Shown: positions 49,194 through 56,936 of the stretch, one piece after another | How positions within the stretch are numbered: position 1 is the first letter of the stretch | How the letters are laid out: each line of letters starts with the position of its first letter | Source: an uncultured Gemmataceae bacterium | GTDB taxonomy: Bacteria; Planctomycetota; Planctomycetia; Gemmatales; Gemmataceae | Assembly (NCBI GenBank): GCA_963750165.1 | Contig: CAVVPN010000003.1 | Coordinates: 864,001 to 928,000, forward strand | DNA: 64,000 nt | Direction of reading: 5' to 3' | The notes under the pieces: generated by a model | Told to the model about the DNA's origin: nothing | Database searches by the model: none | The model's input: the letters and a program-made list of their open reading frames with translations, nothing else | Translations under genes and position numbers: made by a program

Positions 49194-49964
49194 ATGCCCG
49201 TACACGACTGGTCCCGTGTCACGGCCGGCATTTTCCACCACTTTCACGTGCAGTGGATGGCGGCCCTGAGCAACGCGCTCAATGACGGCCGCTTGCCGCC
49301 CAATTACTACACGCTGGCGGAGCAGATCGCCGGCAACCTCGGACCCGACGTGTTGGCCCTGGAATACAGCCCCACCACCGCTGCTTCCGATCCGGAACGA
49401 CGTGCGACCAACGGTGAGACGGCGGGCGGCGCTCCGGCGGCGCTGGCCGAGCCCCGGGTGCGCTTCACCGCGCAAACCGAAATGGATGAGTACGTGCTGA
49501 AGCAAAACACCCTCGTCATCCGCCACACCAGTGGCGATCAGGTCGTGGCCCTGGTCGAGATCGTTTCGCCCGGCAACAAGGCCAGCCGCCACGGGCTGCG
49601 CACTTTCGTGGACAAGGCCGCGTCAGCGCTGTATCGCGGCTACCACCTGCTCATCCTGGATCTGCACCCGCCGGGGCCACGCGACCCCAACGGCATTCAC
49701 GGTGCCATCTGGGGGGAAATTGCCGACGACTCGTTTCGGCTGCCGGCGGACAAGCCGTTGACCCTGGTGGCGTATGCGGCCGGATTGACCAAGCGGGCGT
49801 ACATCGAGCCGGTCGCCGTCGGGGACGTGATGCCCGACATGCCGCTGTATTTGCAGGAAGGGTTCTACGTCTCCGTGCCACTTGAAGAGACGTACCGTAT
49901 CGCGTTCGCGCACGTGCCGCAGCGCTGGCGTGAGGTCCTGGAAGCGTCACGAGGGGAACGCTGA
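49194..49964 (+). CDS. DUF4058 family (PD-(D/E)XK/Uma2-like) protein
   Basis: MPVHDWSRVTAGIFHHFH, PDV, VEIVSPGNK, LLILDL and VPLEETY; TATAAT at 49155-49160. Confidence 0.82.
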   Translation: MPVHDWSRVTAGIFHHFHVQWMAALSNALNDGRLPPNYYTLAEQIAGNLGPDVLALEYSPTTAASDPERRATNGETAGGAPAALAEPRVRFTAQTEMDEYVLKQNTLVIRHTSGDQVVALVEIVSPGNKASRHGLRTFVDKAASALYRGYHLLILDLHPPGPRDPNGIHGAIWGEIADDSFRLPADKPLTLVAYAAGLTKRAYIEPVAVGDVMPDMPLYLQEGFYVSVPLEETYRIAFAHVPQRWREVLEASRGER

Positions 49965-49994
49965 TCGGTCTTTTTTCAAACCCGGGAGAATCCC

Positions 49995-50825
49995 ATGAGC
50001 CGTCGGCTGCGATTCGCTGGCGTGATGGTTGCCGCGCTAGTCCTGATGACTGCGCCCGGCTGCGCATCGACCTCACCAGAAGCCGCCGCGCAGAAGAATG
50101 ACACGGTTTACAAGTCGCCACAGGAAGTGTTTGACGCCATGAAACAGGCGGCGAAGAAGAATGACATGCTGGCGTTCACGCGCTGCCTGGACGACGACAT
50201 CGTGGATCTTCAGGCGCTCACCTTCACTGTTGGGGCGCTGATGCATTCGGGTGAGATGATCATCGCGGCCAACACGGAACAGAACAGGGCCGCCCAAAAA
50301 AAGTTGCTGGAACTCATGGCTCAACACGGACTGACCCAGGAGGTATGGAAGAAGTTGAATGCCGACAGGGCGTTTGGCGAGAAAATTGGTAATCCCCGAG
50401 CTAACCCCCGGGATCCAGTGTTTCAGAAATTCTTCGAAGCGGTGAAGGATCGGCCGGCTTACCTGATCGCCTTGAAGAACTTCGCAAACGAGAACAAGTG
50501 GGGCCCGGGTCCCGATCCTGACCTCGGGAAAGATTTCGAGAACTTGCACCTCGCCGACGTGAAGGTGAACGGGGAAAAAGCAACAGGAATAGTCGTCGGT
50601 AAGGAGGAAGGCCAGGAAGAAAAGAGACCGATTGAGTTTCGCAGAATCAACGGCAGTTGGAAGATTCGGTTCCCTGGGATCCAGCGCCTGCCGCAGAAAG
50701 AGCCGCCGCAGGAAAAAGACCGGACATCCGCAACGGCAGCGCCAGTCCCTGCAACCCTGGCATTTACACCAGATCCAACCGTCGCCTGGTCGTGCGCGCC
50801 CGGTTGGAAAGCCTGTGCCACGTGA
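49995..50825 (+). CDS. Hypothetical lipoprotein
   Basis: Lipobox-like TAPGC; C-terminal VNGEKATG...IEFRRINGSWKI; visibly lower GC. Confidence 0.65.
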   Translation: MSRRLRFAGVMVAALVLMTAPGCASTSPEAAAQKNDTVYKSPQEVFDAMKQAAKKNDMLAFTRCLDDDIVDLQALTFTVGALMHSGEMIIAANTEQNRAAQKKLLELMAQHGLTQEVWKKLNADRAFGEKIGNPRANPRDPVFQKFFEAVKDRPAYLIALKNFANENKWGPGPDPDLGKDFENLHLADVKVNGEKATGIVVGKEEGQEEKRPIEFRRINGSWKIRFPGIQRLPQKEPPQEKDRTSATAAPVPATLAFTPDPTVAWSCAPGWKACAT

Positions 50826-52069
50826 TCACACCACGTTCGCCGGCGCTGGGAACTGCCGCCCCAGCTCGCGCGCCTGGCCGCGGACGCGCTGGGCCAGCGC
50901 CGCGTCGTCCGGCGCCGCCAGCACCTGACCGATCCAGCCTGCGATGGTGCGCATCTCCGGCTCACGCAGGCCGCGTGTCGTCAACGCCGGCGTGCCGATC
51001 CGCACCCCCGATGGGTCCAGCGGCGGCCGCGGATCGAACGGAATCTTGTTCTTGTTGATCGTGATGCCGGCGCGGTCCAGCGCCTCCTCCGCGATCTTGC
51101 CGGTCACGCCGCGCGACGCCACATCGACCAGCACCATGTGATTGTCGGTGCCGCCGGACACCAGACGGAAGCCGAGCCGTTGCAGCTCGTCGGCCAGGGC
51201 CCGGGCGTTGGCGACAATCTGCGCCGCGTAACTGCGGAACTCCGGTCGCAGGGCCTCGCCGAAGCCGACCGCCTTGGCCGCGATGACGTGCATGAGCGGC
51301 CCGCCCTGCAAGCCCGGGAACACCGCCGAGTTGATCTTCTGGCCCCAGTCCTGCTTGCACAGCACGAAACCGCCGCGCGGCCCACGCAGCGTCTTGTGCG
51401 TCGTGGACGTGACGAAGTCCGCGAACTCGACCGGGTTGGCGTGCTGGCCGCCCGCGACCAGCCCCGCGATGTGGGCCATGTCCACGAAGAACAACGCCTT
51501 GACCTCGGCGCAGATCTCTGCGAAGCGCGCGAAGTCGATGGCCCGCGGATAAGCGCTGGCGCCAGCGACCACCAGCTTCGGCCGGTGCTCGCGCGCAGCG
51601 CCGCCACCTGATCGTAGTCGATGGTCTCGGTGTCCTTGCGGACACCGTAGCCGGTCACCTTGTACAGCTTGCCGGAGAAGTTGAGGTGCATGCCGTGCGT
51701 CAGATGCCCGCCGTGCGCCAGGTCCATCGCCAGGATGGGGTCGCCCGGCTGCAGGCAGGCGAAGTAGACGGCCATGTTGGCCTGGGCACCGGAGTGGGGC
51801 TGCACGTTGGCGCGCTGGGCGCCGAACAGTTTCAGCACCCGCTCGATGGCCAGGCGCTCAACGACATCGACGTATTCACAGCCACCATAGTAGCGCTTGC
51901 CGGGCAGGCCCTCGGCGTACTTGTTGGTGAGCACGCTGCCCTGGGCGGCCATGACGGCGGCACTGGTGTAGTTCTCCGAGGCGATCATCTCCAGGCCGTC
52001 CTGCTGGCGCTGCCGTTCGTGCTCGATGGCCTGCCAGATGTCGGGGTCGGCGGTCTTCAGAGGGTCCAT
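50826..52069 (-). CDS. glyA: Serine hydroxymethyltransferase; apparent frameshift ~51596
   Basis: [33 protein letters not shown], then [20 protein letters not shown] and SGGTDNH in the next frame. Confidence 0.93.
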
Positions 52070-52147
52070 GCTCGTCCTCGCGGCGGGTGGTGGGCGGCAG
52101 TGGTCATTCTGCGCAAAACGGCGGGGCTTGAGAAGGCGGGTTTGCGG

Positions 52148-53308
52148 CTACTTCGCGTCCTTGCCGCCACGGATCGCCGCCAGCGCCTCCGCGGCGGCCC
52201 GACGCAGCTCCGGATGCGGATCATCGCGCGCCACCGCCTCCAGCGCGGGGATGGCCGGGCGGGCGGCGGCGCCGAACTTCGCCAACGTATGCACCGCCGT
52301 GCCCCGGAGCGCCTCGTGCTGGTCGCTCAGGCAAGCCGTGATCGCCCCGACCGCGGGCGCCGCCTGCGGCCCCAGTTCGCCGAGGACCACCATTGCCTCG
52401 GCTTTGGCCTCTGTGTTGCCGGTTCGGACCACGGTGACCAGGAACGGCAGCGTCTCGTCCACGCGGCCTTCCAGCGCCCCCAGGGCGGCCGCGGCATCGA
52501 CCTGGACGATCTGGGACTCGTCCTGTAGCAGCATCCGCAGCGCGGCGATGGCGGGGCGGGCCGGTTCGCCCATGTCACGCAGCGCTCGGGCTACCGCGGC
52601 CCTGGCGCTCGGGGTGCCCTGCCGACAGACCTCGATCAGTGTCGGGACAGCGGCCGCGCCGATGTGCCGCAGAGCGTCGCGCGCGGCCTCGCTCACGTCA
52701 CCATTCCTGCTCGGCTTTTCCAGCATGATCTGCACCAGGACGGGCACCGCGGCCGCGCCTGCGGGCCCGAGCCGGCCCAGCGAGGTGATCGCGGCGATGC
52801 GCGTGGCCATGTCCGCTTCACCACGGGCAGCCGTCAGCAGAGCCGGCAGCACCTCGGCGGGCTCCGGGTCCACCCGGCCCAGCGCCCGGGCCGCCCTGCG
52901 GCGGACGTAGGCGTCCGGGTCCTTGAGCGTCTTGACGAGCGCCGGCGCGGCCGAGCGCGCCGCGGGGCCGAGGCGGCCGAGGGCCTCCGCGGCGCTGCGG
53001 CGCACGAGTGCATGGTCGTCGTCGAGGGCCGCACGCAGGGCGGCCAGCACCTCGGGCTCGGCGTCGCCGAGCCGGCCGAGTGTCTTGGCCGCCTGCTCGC
53101 GCTGCTGCGGGTCGCCATCGCTCAGCAACCGGACCCAGTGGCGCAGCGGCCAGCCGTCCTCCGTCGGTTCGTGGTTGACGTAGCCCAGCACGAGGTCGCG
53201 GTAGCCGGGCACCGCCAGCAGCACCCCGACCGCACCGGCGAGGAGCAGGACGGCGAGCAGGACCAGGCGTTTTTTCCTGCCCGGCAGCCGCGTCGGAATG
53301 GATTGCAT
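52148..53308 (-). CDS. Membrane-anchored HEAT/PBS-lyase repeat protein
   Basis: N-terminal TM helix; repeated VRRxAAxALGRLG..AVPxL units. Confidence 0.85.
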   Translation of the reverse strand: MQSIPTRLPGRKKRLVLLAVLLLAGAVGVLLAVPGYRDLVLGYVNHEPTEDGWPLRHWVRLLSDGDPQQREQAAKTLGRLGDAEPEVLAALRAALDDDHALVRRSAAEALGRLGPAARSAAPALVKTLKDPDAYVRRRAARALGRVDPEPAEVLPALLTAARGEADMATRIAAITSLGRLGPAGAAAVPVLVQIMLEKPSRNGDVSEAARDALRHIGAAAVPTLIEVCRQGTPSARAAVARALRDMGEPARPAIAALRMLLQDESQIVQVDAAAALGALEGRVDETLPFLVTVVRTGNTEAKAEAMVVLGELGPQAAPAVGAITACLSDQHEALRGTAVHTLAKFGAAARPAIPALEAVARDDPHPELRRAAAEALAAIRGGKDAK

Positions 53309-53344
53309 GGCGCCCTCTACACACACAACCGGAATGGCAGATCG

Positions 53345-54001
53345 TCAGCGCTGCAGTTCCAGCACGGCCCACAGGCTGGGGTCTTCCCAGTACGGGAAGT
53401 CGGCGTTGACACCGAGCGTCTGTTCGCCCAGCTCGGCGTCGCGGATGGCGTAGAAGACGCCGAGGCGTGGGTTCTGCTCCGGGTCGAAGCCGTGCAGCAC
53501 CGCGGCCGGCAGGAACGCCTCGACGCGGTAGCCGCCGCGAATCGGCGCCGCCCGGAACGGCACGGCACCGGCGGCGCACAGCGGCGCGTCCTGCAGCGCT
53601 CGGTGGATTTTCGTTTGCAGGACGACCGGTTCATCGAGATCGGGGCCGCCGCCGCTGGGCAGGAAGTGGAACTGATGGCAATAGCGGGTGGCACGATGGC
53701 CGGTGCGGGCGTCGCGGGTGTCGAGCCAGAGGGTGACGCCATCGGAGCCGCGCGGCCGGTCGGCGGTGCCCTGCGGCGGCTGGTTCTTGCCCTTCACCTC
53801 GACCTGCAGGCCGATGCCGAGGAGGTTCCACGCCAGGCGCACGTCGGCGAAGTTGCGCGGCTGATCGGGGCCGGCGAAGTTGTCCAGCCGGCAGGCCTCC
53901 GGCAGTTCGATGAGGTGATCGCCCTGTTCGCTGGGCAGGTCGTTGACCAGTAGGCAGGGGTGCGCGACGCGGAACAGGAAACGCGGTGGGACCAGCGGCA
54001 T
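53345..54001 (-). CDS. Conserved-looking hypothetical protein (CBM9/DOMON-like beta fold)
   Basis: FADVRLAWN, DGVTLWLDTRD..HRATRYCHQF and DPSLWAVLEL. Confidence 0.7.
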   Translation of the reverse strand: MPLVPPRFLFRVAHPCLLVNDLPSEQGDHLIELPEACRLDNFAGPDQPRNFADVRLAWNLLGIGLQVEVKGKNQPPQGTADRPRGSDGVTLWLDTRDARTGHRATRYCHQFHFLPSGGGPDLDEPVVLQTKIHRALQDAPLCAAGAVPFRAAPIRGGYRVEAFLPAAVLHGFDPEQNPRLGVFYAIRDAELGEQTLGVNADFPYWEDPSLWAVLELQR

Positions 54002-54015
54002 GACAGCAATCCTTT

Positions 54016-54146
54016 TTAGCCACAGAGGACACAGAGGACACAGAGAGGAAAATAGCGAAAAGTGAAAAAGAAGCAGGGGTTGCCCGTCGTCCCTTCTTTT
54101 CCCTCTCTGTTTTTCTCTCTGTGTCCTCTGTGTCCTCTGTGGCTAA
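54016..54146. repeat. Inverted repeat built from tandem CACAGAGGA nonamers
   Basis: TTAGCCACAGAGGACACAGAGGACACAGAGAG...CTCTCTGTGTCCTCTGTGTCCTCTGTGGCTAA. Confidence 0.8.
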
Positions 54147-54150
54147 TTCT

Positions 54151-55077
54151 TCATTTCAACAGGCTGCGCTGCAAGACTTCCCGGGCGCGCTCGAACTCGG
54201 GCTGCCACTCAATCTCTGGCCCACCGGTGGCGAGGCAGTCGCGGAGTTTTTCGAGCGTGTTACGGGCCATGTGCGGACACTTGTTGCAGGCGCAGGTGAT
54301 GCCCGGCACCGGGTGGTAGCGGTGCCGTGGCGTCTTGCTCTGCAACTGCCAGAGCATGTTCGCTTCCGTGGCGACCAGGAAGTCCGTCGGCTCACGATGG
54401 CCCTCGACGAACTTCAGCATCGCCTCGGTGCCGCCGACGTAATCGCTGTGCTCGCGGATGTTGGCCGGGCACTCCGGATGCGCCAGCGTGACCGCGTGCG
54501 GCAGCCGCCGCTTGAGCGCCAGCAGGTCGCCGACGCTGAAAATCTCGTGGACAATGCAGGCGCCGTCCCAGAGGATCATCGGCCGGCCGGTCACTTCTTG
54601 CAGATATTGCCCCAGGTGGCGATCCGGCACGAACAGGATTTCGCGGTCGGCGGGCACCCGGCGGATGACCTCCTCGGCGTTGCCGGAGGTGACCACCCAG
54701 TCCGACAGTGCCTTGACCGCGGCGCTGCTGTTGATGTACGTGACGGTCTGAAAACGACGGCCGTTCTCGCGCAGCATCTCCTGGTAGCGGTGCAGCTTCA
54801 CGGCCGGGCAGCTGTCCGCGAGACTGCAACCGGCCTTCAGGTCGGGCAACAGCACACGCTTGTCGGGGTTGAGCATCTTGGCCGTCTCGGCCATGAAGTG
54901 GACGCCGCAGAAGACGATGGTGTTCGTCTCAACCTGCGTGGCGACGCGGGCCAGTTTCAGGCTGTCGCCGGTGAAATCGGCCAGTTCCTGAATGTCGCCG
55001 TCCTGGTAGTAGTGGGCGAGAATGGTGGCGTTCTCGCGCCGTTTGAGGGAGGTGATCTCGTCAATGAGGTCGGTCAT
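54151..55077 (-). CDS. nadA: Quinolinate synthase
   Basis: [46 protein letters not shown] and CPHM. Confidence 0.95.
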   Translation of the reverse strand: MTDLIDEITSLKRRENATILAHYYQDGDIQELADFTGDSLKLARVATQVETNTIVFCGVHFMAETAKMLNPDKRVLLPDLKAGCSLADSCPAVKLHRYQEMLRENGRRFQTVTYINSSAAVKALSDWVVTSGNAEEVIRRVPADREILFVPDRHLGQYLQEVTGRPMILWDGACIVHEIFSVGDLLALKRRLPHAVTLAHPECPANIREHSDYVGGTEAMLKFVEGHREPTDFLVATEANMLWQLQSKTPRHRYHPVPGITCACNKCPHMARNTLEKLRDCLATGGPEIEWQPEFERAREVLQRSLLK

Positions 55078-55249
55078 AGCGGGTCCTTGTTTTTTGTGTG
55101 GCGTAGGAGCAACCCACAGCTCGTCCAACCGCGATGGTTGGTTTCTTGTCACCATTGTAGGCGCCCGGCCAGAGGGAACATGGGCAATTCGCCACATTTC
55201 TTCCGATTTCCTTCACGGAGCCTTCTTCCTTCAAAAGCGAATACACTGC

Positions 55250-55277
55250 TTGAAATGTCGATACCTTCCGATATAAT
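55250..55277 (+). promoter_or_regulatory. Sigma-70 promoter with overlapping ATGTCG-N8-CGATAT operator
   Basis: TTGAAA 55250-55255, 16-nt spacer, TATAAT 55272-55277; palindrome 55255-55274. Confidence 0.7.
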
Positions 55278-55294
55278 TGACTCAGGAGGAAGCC

Positions 55295-55618
55295 ATGACC
55301 CCCGCGCGATCAACACCAGAGACGGCGCCGGCCCTGCTGGACCTGGCGGCTCTGGAGCAGGCGGCCGAGTGCCTGCGCACGCTCGCCCATCCGCATCGGC
55401 TGCGGATCGTGCAACTGCTGCTGCACGGCCGCTACACCGTGGGCGAACTGGCCGACGCCTGTGGCATTCCCAGCCACATGGCCTCGGAGCATCTGCGACT
55501 CATGCAGCGCTGCGGCTTTCTGGACAGCGAGAAGGAGGGGCGCAAGACGTTTTATCGCGTCACCGAGCCGCACCTGGCCAACCTGCTGGCCTGCATCCAG
55601 GCCCGCTTCAGCGGCTGA
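55295..55618 (+). CDS. ArsR/SmtB family transcriptional regulator
   Basis: AAECLRTLAHPHRLRIV, TVGELA, SEHLRLM and EKEGRKTFY; AGGAGG RBS. Confidence 0.92.
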   Translation: MTPARSTPETAPALLDLAALEQAAECLRTLAHPHRLRIVQLLLHGRYTVGELADACGIPSHMASEHLRLMQRCGFLDSEKEGRKTFYRVTEPHLANLLACIQARFSG

Positions 55619-55632
55619 TTTTTTTCTGGTTT

Positions 55633-55652
55633 ATGTCGGCAAGTAGCGACAT
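55633..55652. promoter_or_regulatory. Second operator copy ATGTCG-N8-CGACAT
   Basis: Perfect 6-8-6 inverted repeat between arsR and the rhodanese gene. Confidence 0.65.
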
Positions 55653-55695
55653 TACGATATTTTGACTTCAACATCTCTTGCGAAAGGAGATCGCC

Positions 55696-56250
55696 GTGAA
55701 CGTCACCACCATCACCCCAAAACAACTGCACGAACTGCGCAGCGCCGGCAAGGCCGTCGATCTGATCGACGTGCGCACACCGGTAGAGTTCCGTGAGCTG
55801 CACGCCGAGGGCGCCCGTAACGTGCCGCTTGACCGCCTCGAACCAACAGCCCTGCTGCAAAGCCGCAACGGCTCCGCGGAGCAAGCGCTGTACGTCATCT
55901 GTCGCTCCGGCGGCCGCGGCCAGAAGGCGTGCGAAAAACTGCTGGCGGCGGGCTGCCGGGAGGTCGTCAACGTCGAGGGCGGCACCCTGGCGTGGGCGGC
56001 GAACGGCCTGCCGGTCGTCCGCGGTCGCAAGGCGATGTCGCTGGAGCGCCAGGTGCGCATCGCAGCGGGCTCACTGGTGCTGCTCGGTACGGTTCTGGGC
56101 TGGCTGATCGATCCAGTTTTCCTTGGCCTGTCGGCGTTCGTTGGGGCGGGCCTGGTGTTCGCGGGCATCACCGACACCTGCGGCATGGGCATGTTGCTGG
56201 CGCGGATGCCGTGGAACCAGGTGGGCGGCTCCAACTGTGCCGTCCGTTGA
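55696..56250 (+). CDS. Rhodanese + DUF2892 membrane protein (YgaP-like)
   Basis: LIDVRTPVEF, ICRSGGRG, LERQVRIAAG and FAGITDTCGM...MPWN; GTG after AAAGGAG. Confidence 0.9.
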   Translation: MNVTTITPKQLHELRSAGKAVDLIDVRTPVEFRELHAEGARNVPLDRLEPTALLQSRNGSAEQALYVICRSGGRGQKACEKLLAAGCREVVNVEGGTLAWAANGLPVVRGRKAMSLERQVRIAAGSLVLLGTVLGWLIDPVFLGLSAFVGAGLVFAGITDTCGMGMLLARMPWNQVGGSNCAVR

Positions 56251-56366
56251 TGCCGGTGCAAACCGCAGGGAGCCGTCGATCAGCTACAATGGCGGCGTGA
56301 TGGTGCACGCCGTCTTTCGCACCCGTTACACCCCCAGTACCGGCATCAAGGACGCCGTGAACTGAC

Positions 56367-56585
56367 ATGCCGACGTTAGCGCTGCGTGGAGAGTCGATCA
56401 CGCTGGCCCAGGCCGTCAAGGCGGCGGGGCTGGCGGACAGCGGCGGCCAGGCCAAACACCTGGTGCGTGCGGGCGGCGTGCGCGTCAACGGCGTTGTCGA
56501 AACGCGGCCGGGCCGTAAACTGGTCCGCGGCGACCGCTTCCAGGCCGGCGACGCCGAGCCCTGGTCGATCAACGACACCTCGTAA
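56367..56585 (+). CDS. S4-domain RNA-binding protein (YaaA/YbcJ-like)
   Basis: ITLAQAVKAAGLADSGGQAK...VRVNGVVETRPGRKL..GD. Confidence 0.88.
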   Translation: MPTLALRGESITLAQAVKAAGLADSGGQAKHLVRAGGVRVNGVVETRPGRKLVRGDRFQAGDAEPWSINDTS

Positions 56586-56797
56586 CCGTTCATCTCAAAA
56601 AAGTCGCGCAGCTGCCCGGTAGACTTTTTCCTACACCCTGAGCATGGGAAAGCCGGACTGTCCTGACTGCCAGGCCCTGTTGCAGGGGATCGCCCCCCTG
56701 GAGGCGCGGGTGCGTGAATTGGAAGCACGCCTGAACAGCAATTCCTCTAACTCCTCCATCCCGCCCTCCGCCAATCCGTTGGGGGCACCCAAGCCTT
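56582..56797 (+). mobile_element. Truncated IS66-family element: left end plus DUF6444-like transposase N-terminus
   Basis: GTAACCGTTCA end at 56582; ORF from 56644 CPDCQ...LEARVRELEARLNSNSSNSSIPPS; similarity lost after LGAPKP. Confidence 0.72.
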
Positions 56798-56936
56798 GCG
56801 TCAGGTCAATGAGCCGGCCAGCGGCGGTCTTGCATCGGCTGTCAAGCTGGAAGGGGTCGGACTCCCGCCACAACTCGATCTCGGACGCGGCGCCCGGGCT
56901 CGGACGGTCCACGCACGATCAGGCCGATCCGGAAGG

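Noticed and set aside
50826..52069. glyA and other split genes as pseudogenes or programmed frameshifts
   Set aside because: Single small indels with no other decay and no slippery heptamers; sequencing error is simpler
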